IMG/VR virus record: IMGVR_UViG_3300013099_000017
Span: 32,001-96,000 of that record
From: a virus
DNA: 64,000 bases
Reading direction: 5' to 3' (one strand)
Shown here: positions 10,400 through 22,188 of the stretch, piece by piece
How the letters are laid out: every line of letters starts with the position of its first letter
How positions within the stretch are numbered: the stretch's first letter is position 1
Position numbers and translations under genes: made by a program
Notes under the pieces: model-generated
What the model was told of the DNA's origin: nothing
The model's input: the letters and a program-made list of their open reading frames with translations, nothing else
The model's database searches: none

Positions 10400-10647
10400 T
10401 CATGAATATGCTATGAAATTGATATCCTTGTACACGGCATTATATGAAATCGAACAACACAAATATGATAATATTTGGAAATCATTTCATGAATGTTTGG
10501 ATGATAATGACATTGAATTTTCTGTTGTTAAATATGAATATGATGGAAATCATCAAAAAGGTCGATATGTAATTATATTTAATGATGATTTTTTTGTTAT
10601 CACTGTTGAATCAAAACATCATGGATACATAAAGTGGAGTATTGAAA

Positions 10648-11730
10648 ATGAATAAAGGGGTTAAATATGACAATGATAAACCAAGATGGGGATTGTTGCC
10701 ATATAAACAAGTAGAACAAATTGTTGATGTTTTAACCTTTGGTTCAAAAAAATATTCTGATGATAATTGGAAGAAAGTACCAAATGCAGAAGAACGTTAT
10801 TTTGATGCCATGTTAAGACATATCACAGAATATCGTTATGGTGATAAATCAGATACAGAAACAACTAAATCACATTTGGCTCATGCTATGTGTTGTGCTT
10901 TATTTTTAATGTGGTTTGATGATAATCCTGATGCTGAACGATTTTTTGATGATGATGTTGAAAAAGATGATATCTCTTTTGATTTGAAACCCGATGATAT
11001 TGAAAATTATTATTTTATGGGTGTGGATGCATCATTGAAGTTGATTTCTGATAATATTAAAAAAGGTGTTGTTGATCTTAAAACATGGGTTCAAGTAAAT
11101 ATAAAACGTGATGAAAATGGAACATATTATGAATATGTTGGTAAAAATTCACCACATTTTAAATTCAAAGAACATGATGGTGAATTAGAATTTTATATTC
11201 CCCCTGCCGATATAGTACCACAATTATCCGTTGAAGATATGTTTAATTTAATAAAACCATTAAAAGAGAATGATGGTATTTATCCAACAAGAATGAATCC
11301 ACTTAATAATTTAATTGGTCGTGGTGTTGCAAGTTTAACAACTGAACCAAATCCAATGCAAGATATAATAAAATCACTTGATGAAACTATATTAGATATT
11401 GAAAATGGTAATACAACTTGTCCTAGTGTTGATACAATACCAAAAAGTAATGCAAGTTTAACAACTGAACCGAATCAAGAACCATCTTGCTGTTATAGTA
11501 ATATGGGTAATGTTAAAACAAAATTATGTACACCAGAAGAAATATTGCGGTGTTTGCAAAAGTCTTGTGATGATGCAGGTCATGTTGGTAATAGTTGGTT
11601 TAAGCCAAATACAATGAAGTGTATGCATGGTGCTAACCAATATGCCTATATCGGTAAAAATTCTACCGCAAATTTTTTCTTTTTTGAATTGGTTGATAAT
11701 AAATTTAAACGGATATATAATAATGATTGA
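10648..11730 (+). CDS. dATP/dGTP diphosphohydrolase N-terminal domain (DUF5664-type) fused to a long unknown C-terminus
   Basis: GVKYDNDKPRWGLLP...VLTFGSKKYSDDNW...YFDAMLRH...HLAHAMCCALFL. Confidence 0.8.
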   Translation: MNKGVKYDNDKPRWGLLPYKQVEQIVDVLTFGSKKYSDDNWKKVPNAEERYFDAMLRHITEYRYGDKSDTETTKSHLAHAMCCALFLMWFDDNPDAERFFDDDVEKDDISFDLKPDDIENYYFMGVDASLKLISDNIKKGVVDLKTWVQVNIKRDENGTYYEYVGKNSPHFKFKEHDGELEFYIPPADIVPQLSVEDMFNLIKPLKENDGIYPTRMNPLNNLIGRGVASLTTEPNPMQDIIKSLDETILDIENGNTTCPSVDTIPKSNASLTTEPNQEPSCCYSNMGNVKTKLCTPEEILRCLQKSCDDAGHVGNSWFKPNTMKCMHGANQYAYIGKNSTANFFFFELVDNKFKRIYNND

Positions 11731-12190
11731 TCGTTTTTTTAAATTTATTGTTTTATGGTATACACGATTATTACCTTATAAATTAACCAAGTTTAATCAT
11801 TTTTTCATGAATGTTGCTTTACAATGTGCGAAATTATCACATTGTAAACGAAAACAAGTTGGTTGTGTTATAGTCAAGGGTGGAAATATTATTTCTATTG
11901 GTTATAATGGTACACCAGCAGGGGAAGATAATTGTTGTGAAGATGAAACAGGTGAATTAACAAAATACAATGTTATTCATGCAGAAGATAATGCATTAAG
12001 AAAATTAATGGTTAGCCATGAATCAAGTGTTGGTGCTGATGTTTATTGTACTTTGATGCCATGTGAACGATGTGCAAGTCTATTATTGTCTGCTAAAATT
12101 AAAAGACTTTTTTATCATCAAATTTATAGTTGTAAAAGTGGTATTCAAAAACTAGAAGAACATGGTGTAAAATGCGTAAAACTTTCATAA
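11723..12190 (+). CDS. cd: dCMP deaminase
   Basis: SIGYNGTP, HAEDNA, PCERC; start ATG 11723. Confidence 0.92.
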   Translation: MIDRFFKFIVLWYTRLLPYKLTKFNHFFMNVALQCAKLSHCKRKQVGCVIVKGGNIISIGYNGTPAGEDNCCEDETGELTKYNVIHAEDNALRKLMVSHESSVGADVYCTLMPCERCASLLLSAKIKRLFYHQIYSCKSGIQKLEEHGVKCVKLS

Positions 12191-12694
12191 AATTTGAAGA
12201 TATCCTTGCAGGTACTATATTCCCAAATCATACTATTTCATTTGGAAGATTGTATGATTTTGGTCGAAAATTTTCTGGTATTTATTTGAAAATTGTGTTA
12301 CCATCTATTAGAACAAAAGAAGTTTTGGATTTTTCAAATTATAATATGAAAAATGCTCCATGTAAAAAACATATTATGTTTAGATGGTTCTTTGACTTTA
12401 AAATTAAATCTAACTTTGAAACAAATAAAGCATGGATCGAATATGAAAAATGATGAAACTGTTATAGATTCAATTGAGCAATATAAACGTGTTTTAGAGC
12501 AAACAGTAAAAGGTAAAGATGTTCGATTGTCAGTTGAATATTTTGCATTTTATGGTGCTCTTGATGCATTAATTAAGGTATATAAATCAATTACTTATTT
12601 AATTGATATTGATCATTTTGAAACGAATAAATCCGAAGCTGAGTTTATTCTTAATGAAATTGACATTTTATATAAAAAATACAATATAGGATAA
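12172..12694 (+). other. Two hypothetical ORFs (12172-12453, 12443-12694)
   Basis: Coupled ORFs. Confidence 0.55.
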
Positions 12695-12697
12695 ATT

Positions 12698-13666
12698 ATG
12701 AAATATGTTAAATTTACAGGCAGTTTTAATAAATTAGAAGAACTTGGTTATGGTTATAAAACTTCCCATGGTGAAAAAGTTTTATGGGAAAAGGATAATT
12801 ATTCGATTTGGGTAAGTGGTTCATATTTACTGAATTCCGATCTTGATGATTATTTTCCTTTTATTGTGGAAAAGTTATTTACATTGGATATGGGTGATTT
12901 ACCATTTAGTAATATTAAAACTATTATAAATCCAAAAAAGATTATAGATAGTTTTTATCTGAATATTTATATACATTTAAAAACAAAAGAATGTAGTTTT
13001 AATAATCTTGATTTTGAGATTGGTCGTAAACTTGAACTTCAATCTTATCATGATGATAATAAATATTTTAATGAATGGGTTAAAGCATCCATTGATCCTA
13101 ATTCACTACAACCTTTAATTGAATTATATAATAAGGGTTGGGTTGAAATTGTAGAAGTTGATGTTGATGAAGAACTTGATTGGTTGTTAATAGACTAATG
13201 GAACGTGATGATGAAATATGTTAAATTTACCGGAAAATATGCAGAGTTAAATAAACTTGGATATAAATTTCAAAAACTGTATGCCAATAATTATCAACAA
13301 TGGAATAAAAAAGATTATCGTATTTGGCGAAAGGGTTCAGAAGTAACTCATGATGGTTTAGGTCAAATGTTCCCGTCTATTGTGGAAAAATTATTTACAT
13401 TGGATATAAGTAATCTTCCATTTACAGAATCAGAATATATTATAGATTATTTTTTTATGTTCATTTATGTTCATAGAAAAACCAATACATGTATGTTTGA
13501 TAAAACAGATTGGTTTATTGGAATGAAGCGTGAAGTTGAATCTTATCAAGGTGAAGATGAAACCCTGTATTATGATAATCCTTGGAAAAAAGTAATATTA
13601 TCGGAAAGTTCATTAAAACCTTTAATCGAATTATACAATAAGGGTTGGATTGAAATAACTGAGTAA
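12698..13666 (+). CDS. Tandem paralogous hypothetical pair (12698-13198, 13205-13666)
   Basis: Both MKYVKFTG...LGY, IVEKLFTLD..LPF, PLIELYNKGW.EI. Confidence 0.8.
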
Positions 13667-13753
13667 TATATCCCATTGTGGGTATATAAATATATAATTA
13701 ATTATGTAATACTATGTGTGTTGATTAAGAAAAACTTCCAAAAGGAAAAACAA
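13667..13753 (+). promoter_or_regulatory. Class A cassette with leader
   Basis: TATATCCCATTGTGGGTATATA...TGTAATACT...AAAACTTCCAAAAGGAAA; gene start ATG 13754. Confidence 0.8.
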
Positions 13754-14893
13754 ATGTCGATTTATGTATATTCAGCAACATCAAAAACTTTGCCATTATC
13801 AATTAATGGTGAAATTGTTCAAGCGACATATTACAAATATACCCACAATCAATCATTAGAAAATGATTATAATTGGTTTGGTGAAAAATCTAAGGGGATT
13901 TTTAGTAAAATAAAATATTGGGCTGATCGTGCATTATCAAAGGCAAAAAGAGATAATGTTAAATATGTTATTGTTGGTGATGATGAATATCCTGATTTTC
14001 CACGTTCCGTATTTAAAGTAAGTTATGTTGATGATTTATCTTCCTTTATTTGGGATCATGATCCTAATCATTTACATACCCGTCTTGGTAGTTATCAAAA
14101 ATCGAAAATTGGTAAACGTGTTGTATATTTACCTTTACCTTCATCGAAAGGAAATCATTAATGAACGTTAGAATTATAAAAATTGGTCAAAATGAATTCA
14201 ATGTGAATATCAAAGATGGTCAAGTTTCAACTGTCTCTACTGATTTGGTAGAGAATCTTACAACTGTTAATGTTAATGCAATTAAAGCTATTGTTGGTTC
14301 AAAATAATGAAAAAATTTAATGTATCATTCACTTATAGAGAAGAAGATTTTGATGATGTCTATGAAGGTGAAAGTGAAGATGATGTTATTGCTGTTATTG
14401 AGTGGAATTATGAAACGGATTCTTTTTATGATAATCACTATATAAGTAATTTAGAAATTGAGGAAATTGTAGAATGAATTATTATTCTTTTGTTGTGGAT
14501 ACAGATTCTTATGCTGGAAATTTTGAACGTGAAATGACAGCATATGTTACGGGTGTTCTTGGTGATTGTGAAGTTGGATTAGATGAATCGGTGTTGTTTC
14601 ATGATGAAATGGATTTAGATTTAGATGAATTGATGTATCAAAAACCAAATGAACAAGGTACTCTTAGACCATGTGCGATTGAAAATACAGGGATAGAAAT
14701 ATATGGTGGTGTTGCTATATATTTCTATGAAGATCCATGTGCATATCTTGATATGTTAAAAGAGCGTTCATTGGAATATGCTAAAAAGAATAACATTCAA
14801 ATATTTAGTTTTAGAGTTCAATATATTGAGGAAAGTATCAAAATTACAGAAATTGAATATGAATCATGTAAGGATAAATCATGGAACATTTAA

Positions 14894-14973
14894 TTGATTT
14901 AGATCAATGAAATTATATTCCAATGTGATATAGTATATCTGTAATTAAGAGAAACTTCCAAAAGGAAAATACA
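14894..14973 (+). promoter_or_regulatory. Class B cassette with leader
   Basis: TTGATTTAGATCAA (1 mismatch)...TGATATAGT...GAAACTTCCAAAAGGAAA. Confidence 0.75.
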
Positions 14974-15338
14974 ATGAGAATGACAGAACAAGTTATTGAT
15001 GATCTGATTGAAAAAATGCCAAGTGGTTCCGGTATTGATTGTGATTATAGTTGGACAAAATCAAATGGTAAATTAATCCTTCATAACTCATTTCATAATA
15101 TGAATGATGATGGTTATTATGATGGTTATTCCGAGTTTAAAGTTCATTTAATTTTGAAAGATGATGGGGAATGGATTTTAGATAAAATTCGTTTTGCCAA
15201 AAGTATTACAGATCCCTCCACTTACAGAAAATATTCAAATTATATATTACTTGATTATCTTTACGATACTTATATATGGAATATTGAAGAACGTAATTTG
15301 AAAGTTGGGGATTTTAATAATGCAATGGTAGATTTCTA

Positions 15339-15635
15339 ATGATTTTAGATGCTGATTATAATTATGGTGGTTTATTTGATTTTGTTTCTACTGCATTTCC
15401 TGAATATAAGAAAAATTCAAAATGGGGAAAACATAAAAGACGTTATGTTGAAATTTTGGAAATGAAATTCAAACATGATATGAATTTTGAAGAAATTGGT
15501 AATGAATTAATGAATTATCAAACTGGTAAAGTTGGTGTTTCATCAACAGCAGTAAGGGATTTATATAACAAAGCATTACGTTTATTAAAATCAAAAGGCA
15601 CAATACAAGAATTAAACATTGATAATTATATTTAA
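15339..15635 (+). CDS. Stand-alone sigma70 region-4-like HTH protein
   Basis: ILEMKFKHDMNFEEIG...VSSTAVRDLYNKALRLLK vs RpoD VLRMRFGIDMN..TLEEVG...VTRERIRQIEAKALRKLR. Confidence 0.7.
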   Translation: MILDADYNYGGLFDFVSTAFPEYKKNSKWGKHKRRYVEILEMKFKHDMNFEEIGNELMNYQTGKVGVSSTAVRDLYNKALRLLKSKGTIQELNIDNYI

Positions 15636-15678
15636 TTCTGTTATTATATAATCTAACTTATCCATTAAAGGAAACAAA

Positions 15679-16086
15679 ATGTCAAACTTTAAAAAATCTG
15701 ATGCAGTTCAATCATTAAAAAATTTAAAACCATTTGTTCCAGCTTTTCAGTTATCTATTTTAGCAGGACTTATTGATGGTGAAGAAGGTCAATATTTTAT
15801 TGATACTGTTGTTGAATTGGATTATTTAATTCAACAAATGCCAAAAACTTATGAACAGGATGGAAAGGGTGATCAAGCTGTTGCTTATTTACATTATTTC
15901 ATGGGTGGTATGGATTGGTACATTACTGAAAAAGATATGGAAGATGAACAGTTTCAAGCCTTTGGTTTAGCTAATCTTGGTTATGGTGCTGAACTTGGTT
16001 ATATTTCTATTGAAGAACTAAAAGCAAATAATATTGAAATTGATTTACATTTTACACCAACAATGGTTGGCAATTTAAAGAAATAG
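15679..16086 (+). CDS. DUF2958-like protein
   Basis: MPKTYEQDG..AYLHYF..DWYITE..AFGLANLG..ELGYISIEEL. Confidence 0.6.
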   Translation: MSNFKKSDAVQSLKNLKPFVPAFQLSILAGLIDGEEGQYFIDTVVELDYLIQQMPKTYEQDGKGDQAVAYLHYFMGGMDWYITEKDMEDEQFQAFGLANLGYGAELGYISIEELKANNIEIDLHFTPTMVGNLKK

Positions 16087-16396
16087 TGTTATACTTGTAT
16101 TTTATCACTTCACAGAAGGAAAACAAAATGTCCGATACTTATGACCAAGCTGAAAAAGCTATGAGAGATTTATTAGATGCTTCTAATGTTATGGGGTCTA
16201 ATGATGATATTGCTCAGGCTATTTCAAACGTGCTATTGAGAGAGCATAGAACGCTACAACAAGCATTTTTTCGTTCCTTTAAACAAGCTATGGATGGTTA
16301 TTCTAAAGGTGGCTCAGATGGTCGGAATGAGGGTGCTATTCAATTAGCAAAAGAAATCCATAACTCTGATGTTTATTTACCATTTGTTTAGGGAAT

Positions 16397-16556
16397 ATGA
16401 TTATGTATATTGTTCGTGATTTGGAAACGGGTCGTTATTTGATTAACCTATGATACAGTTGATGAAATTGAGAAAATTATCTTATCGTGGGATCATACTT
16501 GGCATGATTTTGAAGTTGTTAAATTAATTGTACATTCAAGAACAAACAGATCTTGA
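16397..16556 (+). pseudogene. Small ORF with apparent +1 frameshift
   Basis: MIMYIVRDLETGRYLI then YDTVDEIEK... continues in another frame; length 160 nt. Confidence 0.45.
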
Positions 16557-16632
16557 TCTAGATCAATGTAATTTTGGATAAATTTTAATATAATATAATC
16601 TGAATTGAGAAAAACTTCCAAAAGGAAATCCA
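16553..16632 (+). promoter_or_regulatory. Class B cassette with leader
   Basis: TTGATCTAGATCAA...TATAAT...AAAACTTCCAAAAGGAAA; ATG 16633. Confidence 0.8.
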
Positions 16633-16777
16633 ATGAACTTATTTGAATTAGACCAAATCATCAATCAACTGATTGAAGAAAATGATCCAAGTAATAATGA
16701 ATTAATTTCGTTTTATTACAGAAAACGTGATGAACTTGTTGTTGTCCTTTCTAAAAAAATTAATGAGATAATTAAAA

Positions 16778-17170
16778 ATGCCTAATGTTAATATTACCGT
16801 GTATCATGTGATTGTTGGTGAACTTAATGTTGCCAATTGGAAATTAATTCGTGAATTGGCTTATAAAGCTGAGGACAATAAAAAAAGATTAACTGATATG
16901 TTTATCAATGGTGATTATTTTACTGCCGTTGCAGATATTACTAATTCTACATTAGATGATGCTTATCGTTTAACCAATAGCATCGAAGAAGGTTGGTGGA
17001 AAAATGAAGAAGTTACCCCACTATTTAAAGCAAGTGGTGCAAAGTCAACTGATATCGGTGATATAATGATGGTTGAAATTCCACTTGAAGCAAAAACAGA
17101 AAATGATGCAATCGCTCACTATGAATTATATGTAGTTGCTCCGATTGGTTTTGTTAAAATTGATGGATAA
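16778..17170 (+). CDS. YodL-like phage protein
   Basis: LDDAYRLTN...W...KSTDIGDIM. Confidence 0.4.
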   Translation: MPNVNITVYHVIVGELNVANWKLIRELAYKAEDNKKRLTDMFINGDYFTAVADITNSTLDDAYRLTNSIEEGWWKNEEVTPLFKASGAKSTDIGDIMMVEIPLEAKTENDAIAHYELYVVAPIGFVKIDG

Positions 17171-17420
17171 TAATTATGTTAAGATTAAAAGTTAAAGCAG
17201 AGGGCGATACTGAACAAGATTTGGTTAATGCTCTCGAAGAAGTAATTCGTTTAGTTGAAATTGGCAACCGTGAAGGATTTGATATGAATACTTCCGGTGA
17301 GTTCAATTTTGAACTTGAAGAAGATGATCTATTATATTTTCCGGAAGCATAATGAAAGATTGGTAATTTTATTTAATTGTGTTATACTATGTACATATTA
17401 AGAACGGAAATTAATAAAAC

Positions 17421-17576
17421 ATGAAAAGGCTAAAGTTGAATCCTATGAAAAATCCAAGAAACCCATATTACAATCATCCTTTGATGTCTAAGTCTCATGC
17501 TCATGTAAAATCTGAGAAAGCTAAAAGACGTAAAAACAAGGTTGATTTAAATAAATCTGTTGAGCTGGAGAAATAA
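17421..17576 (+). CDS. Small basic protein (51 aa), not in ORF track
   Basis: MKRLKLNPMKNPRNPYYNHPLMSKSHAHVKSEKAKRRK...; upstream TGTTATACT and RBS. Confidence 0.5.
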   Translation: MKRLKLNPMKNPRNPYYNHPLMSKSHAHVKSEKAKRRKNKVDLNKSVELEK

Positions 17577-18099
17577 AATGTTAGAATATGGTGATAGATA
17601 TATCTTAATTGAACATGGTGATGTATTTGCAGGTGGTTGGGATCAATTAATTGATTGTTTTGGAATTGATTCTGAAACACTTGAAGAATTTTGTCGTTTC
17701 CATGATTACACATATACACTCAGTTTATATAATTCTGCCGATAAACTTAATAACGAATTACATAAGTTGTACAAGTATTTGAGCCAACCAAATGAAATTG
17801 TTGATTCCAGCAACAAAGATTATGATGATGGAATTGATACCGGATTTGAACATATTGCTGAAAAACTAAAAGTGATTATTGAAAGTTTTGAAAAGGATAC
17901 TTATTAAATGAATATTGGATCAAAGGTTTTAATTATTGGTGGTAATCATACAGGTGAATTTGGTACATATCTTTATCATAGTCATGATAGTGGTTATTAT
18001 GTGCCATTTGTTCTCTTGCCTGATGATCCTATTGATAAGTATTGTGGTGAACGTTTAAATATGAACTATCGTTGTGTATATGGTCGAGCAAGAAAATGA

Positions 18100-18205
18100 T
18101 ATATCCCATTGTGGGTATATACTCCATTGTTAAATTATGAGATACTATACTTGTGGTGAGGGGAAAGGTTCCCCAATTAGATAAACTTCCAAAAGGAAAT
18201 TCAAA
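18100..18205 (+). promoter_or_regulatory. Class A cassette with long two-hairpin leader
   Basis: Class A palindrome, TGAGATACT, TTGTGGTGA-GGGGAA-AGG-TTCCCC-AATTAGATAAACTTCCAAAAGGAAA. Confidence 0.85.
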
Positions 18206-18562
18206 ATGGCTTATATTAGCAACGAAGATGTTAAAGAAATCAGAAACAATATTAAGAAAGCATTTCCAATTAAAGAAGGTTGGAAATTTTCAATCAGAAG
18301 GCTTAATCACAGTGAAGTAAATGTAGCCATTATGCAATCACCAAAATCACACGGCTTTGAAGGTGATGAACAAGTTAATCAATATTATATTGATGAACAT
18401 TATAAAGATTTGCCATTACAAAGAGAAATGTTGTCTAAACTTAATGACATCATTAAAGAAAAATGGTGGGATGAATCAGATTCTCAGAGTGATTATTTCC
18501 ATTGTGCTTATTACTATACAATCCATATCGGTAAATGGAATAAGGATTGTGTTTCTGTTTAA
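18206..18562 (+). CDS. LPD29-like (polyvalent-protein-associated) early protein
   Basis: IRNNIKKAFP..KFSIRR...SDSQSDYFHCAYY..IHIGKW. Confidence 0.45.
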   Translation: MAYISNEDVKEIRNNIKKAFPIKEGWKFSIRRLNHSEVNVAIMQSPKSHGFEGDEQVNQYYIDEHYKDLPLQREMLSKLNDIIKEKWWDESDSQSDYFHCAYYYTIHIGKWNKDCVSV

Positions 18563-18649
18563 TTGATCTAGATCAATGTATTTTTTCTCAATCCTGATAT
18601 ACTGTATTTGTGATTGAGAAATAAGATAAACTTCCAAAAGGAAATCAAA
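18563..18649 (+). promoter_or_regulatory. Class B cassette with leader
   Basis: TTGATCTAGATCAA, TGATATACT, AGATAAACTTCCAAAAGGAAA; ATG 18650. Confidence 0.85.
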
Positions 18650-20487
18650 ATGAGTAATTTTAATTCTTCCGTTATAAAAGAAATCGCTAATTGTACCGAA
18701 TATAATGATCATTGTCGGGCATTGATATTAGCATCCAAAATGTTGGGATATAGCAAACTTGAACAAGTTTTTACAAAAGTTGGCGAAATAGCAAACATTG
18801 AAGGTGGTTATGATTCAAAATTGATGGAATATCGTTATTCCCGATATCAAGAGTTAATGCTTCTTGCAGAAAATGACTTAACTGGTTTACAATTTCAAAA
18901 TCTTTATGGAGCATTTTAAATGTATCAATCCACTATAACCAACACAAGAGATTTGAAAGTTACAATTTCAAAAGATAACGATATTCGGTTTAAAGTTCCG
19001 GAAGATAAACAGGATTTATATGATCTTGATTTAATCGCTGATAAATTGATGGAATATCCTGTTATTGTCGAATCAACATTAACACTCAGGGGTAAATTGG
19101 ACAAACATAAAAAAGTGTCATTAACTACTCAAAATGGTAGTAAAGCAAACAGAAAACGCAATCGTGTTTATACTGTTTTCTTTGAAGATGATGAAATTTA
19201 TGTCTGATAATTTTTTTTAGATATTGCAATATTAATAACAAAAATTTTACTTGCTTGTACCATTGGTCTAATTGTTATATTATTAGGAGCAAAATAATGG
19301 ATTCATATGATAAGTTTTTAAATGATATTGGTTCTTATGATGTTGTTTATCGTGATGTTAAAGTGGAAGATCAAAAGGGTGTTAATGATTACATCAACAT
19401 GATTTTGTTTTTTGAAGAATATGTTAATAGCATAGAAGTTTATACGGATATGTGGTTATCAACTGTCAATGAATGTCTTTATAGCCCAATTTGTGCATAT
19501 GAAGCATGTATTGTTAATGGAAATAAATATTATATAATTATTGGTATTGGAGATTAAATGTTAAAACGTGAAGAAAAAGTATTATATGATTTAATGGATA
19601 AGTGGAATACTCCAGGTGCAATGTCATATTCAGCAACAGCAGATTTTGATGAAGGGGTTGATATTGGTCGTGAAAATTGTGCAGATGAATTATTGTATGA
19701 ACTTGAAAAATTAATGAGGATTACTGAAAATGGTAAACTTAAATAGAAATTTAATAAAATCTCAAAATCTTACAGATACAGATATATTGGAATTAGAACA
19801 ATTACATGAAACCCGTGAAGCTCTATTTCAATTAATGGCAGATTTGGATATTGATGATGATTTGCCATTACTTAGAACATATGTTGTTTTACTTGAATCA
19901 CTTGAATATAACATGCAACGTGTCTGGAAATTTGAACAAAATAAAGACTATCATACATGGTGGTTTAGATCTCCACATTGTACATGTGGTTGTGGAAATC
20001 AATGTAAATTACATTCAGGGTTCGTGAATTCTGAACAAAATTCTGGTCTTATTTCAGCATTAAAAACTTTTCGCAATGAATTTACAAATTTATACAAATT
20101 GGGATTAAGTATTGTTGGTGGTAAACAGATTGAAGATGGATTATATACATCCGAGAAAACCGATCCAGAAAAAAGTTTAGCATTATATAATTCATATTTT
20201 AATGTGGAAGATGGTAAAATTGTTTCCGTTGGTGAAGAACGTGTGCGTGATGGTGGAATATTTTGGATAGCTAATAAATGAGTTGTGAATTAAATGAAGG
20301 TGTTCCTTGTGAAGATTGTACCCGTGATTATTGTCCGGATATGGTTAATGATGCATTAAGGGTGTGGTATGAGATTCATTCATCAATTGCATATCATGAA
20401 CAAAAAATTGAAAAACTTGAATATGAAAAAGTTGAATGGCTAAAAGAACATAAAGTTTTATTAACTTCATCAATATAGGAAATTAAA

Positions 20488-20808
20488 ATGAAAAAATTAT
20501 TATTAGTATCGCTTTTATTAATGAGTGGATGTTCGAGTTTACAACCATCCACATATACCAATTATAATACACCATATGGCAACGTGGTAAAGGCTACAGG
20601 TACGGCCGCAAATAACTCAGCCTTGGCTAACACAAGTTATAATTGTCCATCATGTGCCATTTCTGGTGGCAATGGTGGGGGTTCGAGAGGTATAACCAAT
20701 TATAATGGTCAAATGGATACGATGGGTAAAATTACCCATGATGCTATTCGTAGTTTATCATTTTCAATTTCAGACAAAATCAATGAATCAATTCGTGATT
20801 CATTTTAA
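20488..20808 (+). CDS. Predicted lipoprotein
   Basis: MKKLLLVSLLLMSG-C lipobox; CPSC motif. Confidence 0.7.
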   Translation: MKKLLLVSLLLMSGCSSLQPSTYTNYNTPYGNVVKATGTAANNSALANTSYNCPSCAISGGNGGGSRGITNYNGQMDTMGKITHDAIRSLSFSISDKINESIRDSF

Positions 20809-21843
20809 ATAAGGAAATATATAATGTTAGAAAAATATAAAGAAGGGGAATTAGAAAATGTAAGAAATCGCTTGTATTTTCTTCAAGATTTAAAAAATGT
20901 TTTAGAAAAACATAATGCTAATTTTGAAATTGAAACATTCCAAACCAGTGTGAAATTTACATATGATTTGAATAATGATGGTCGTAATAGTCAAGTTAGA
21001 AATTTATTAGCTGATTATTCAGGTGAAATTTGGGATGATGATATTCAACGTCTTATTGAAAATGAAGAAAAAGAACTTATATATTTAGGGAATTAAATAA
21101 TGCTGAATAGTTTAATTATTGATAAAAATCGTTTAATTTCTTTACAATCTACATTTTTAAGGGATGATCAATTTAATTATAATAAATTCGATAGTAATTG
21201 TGAATTAAGTGATTTAGATTTTCAAGATATTTATTTACTTAATAAAAATTTACTGATGAATTTGGATTTGTTTATTGTTACTGATAAAGATCAGTATGTG
21301 GTATTTAAAAATCGTGTTGATGGTAATACGGGAACAATCAAACAACTGAAAACATTAAAAAGTTATATTGCTTATTTGGAAAGTCATTATGATGAAAATT
21401 AAAAAAGTTTTGATGGATGTAAATGGTTTATATTATTGTGGTACACATGATAATAAAATTATATGGGATGATCATCCTGATTCTGCTACCGATATTAGAA
21501 ATTCCAATTGGGATTTTTATGGATGGGAAGTTGATATATTGGATAAAATGGTTTTAGAAGTTAAAGAATATGTGGAGTATTTTTCATGAGTAAGTTCAAT
21601 GAACGTAAAAGGCGTAAAATTGAATTTTTATGTGATTTAAATAATGTATTAATAAAACATGATGCAGAAATCATTGCAGATATTCAATCAACAAATGGTG
21701 GTATGGATGATGGGATGTTTATGTATTTCGATTTAAATCAGGGGGATTATTGTCAATTTGATCAAGAATTGGATCATGGGAATGTTGAATGTCGCATTGA
21801 TTCTAATACAATTTACAATATATTAAATAGATTAAATAATTAA

Positions 21844-21921
21844 TATATACCCACAATGGGATATATACGAAAATGATATAATGTGTTAAGATCATGATTA
21901 AACTAAAAAAAGGTAAATAAT
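21844..21921 (+). promoter_or_regulatory. Class A cassette, core inverted
   Basis: TATATACCCACAATGGGATATATAC after stop; TGATATAAT at 21874-82. Confidence 0.75.
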
Positions 21922-22188
21922 ATGATAAGTTCTAAACAGGTGATCGATTTACATCAAGCACTAAACAATGGAAAAACCATTATGGTTGAATTCCTTAAAG
22001 CAGATGGTTCAAGTCGTGAAATGACATGTGTTAATAGTCCGGAAGTTGCTGGAATTACTGATTGGGATTATAAAGGTGGTAAAAGTCCGTCAAGTGGCGA
22101 AAATCATCAAGTTGTGTTTGATGTTGATAAGAACGAATTCCGTTCATTCTTATATTCAACTGTTCAGAAATGGGCTATTACAAAATAA
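21922..22188 (+). CDS. DUF2693/WYL-like SH3-fold protein
   Basis: VEFLKADGSSREMTC...VFDVDKNEFRSF. Confidence 0.6.
   Translation: MISSKQVIDLHQALNNGKTIMVEFLKADGSSREMTCVNSPEVAGITDWDYKGGKSPSSGENHQVVFDVDKNEFRSFLYSTVQKWAITK

Larger units (their letters stand above)
13754..16391 (+). other. Run of early-type small ORFs (13754-14161, 14474-14893, 14974-15339, 16128-16391 and smaller)
   Basis: ATG starts with AAGGA RBS behind cassettes. Confidence 0.6.

Noticed and set aside
10648-11730. Z-genome or 7-deazaguanine DNA modification system
   Set aside because: Only the diphosphohydrolase domain is present. No PurZ, DpdA or Que enzymes are seen in this window.
17421-17576. ArfA-like ribosome rescue factor
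   Set aside because: Only general basic composition and a HP motif; the similarity is too weak to call.
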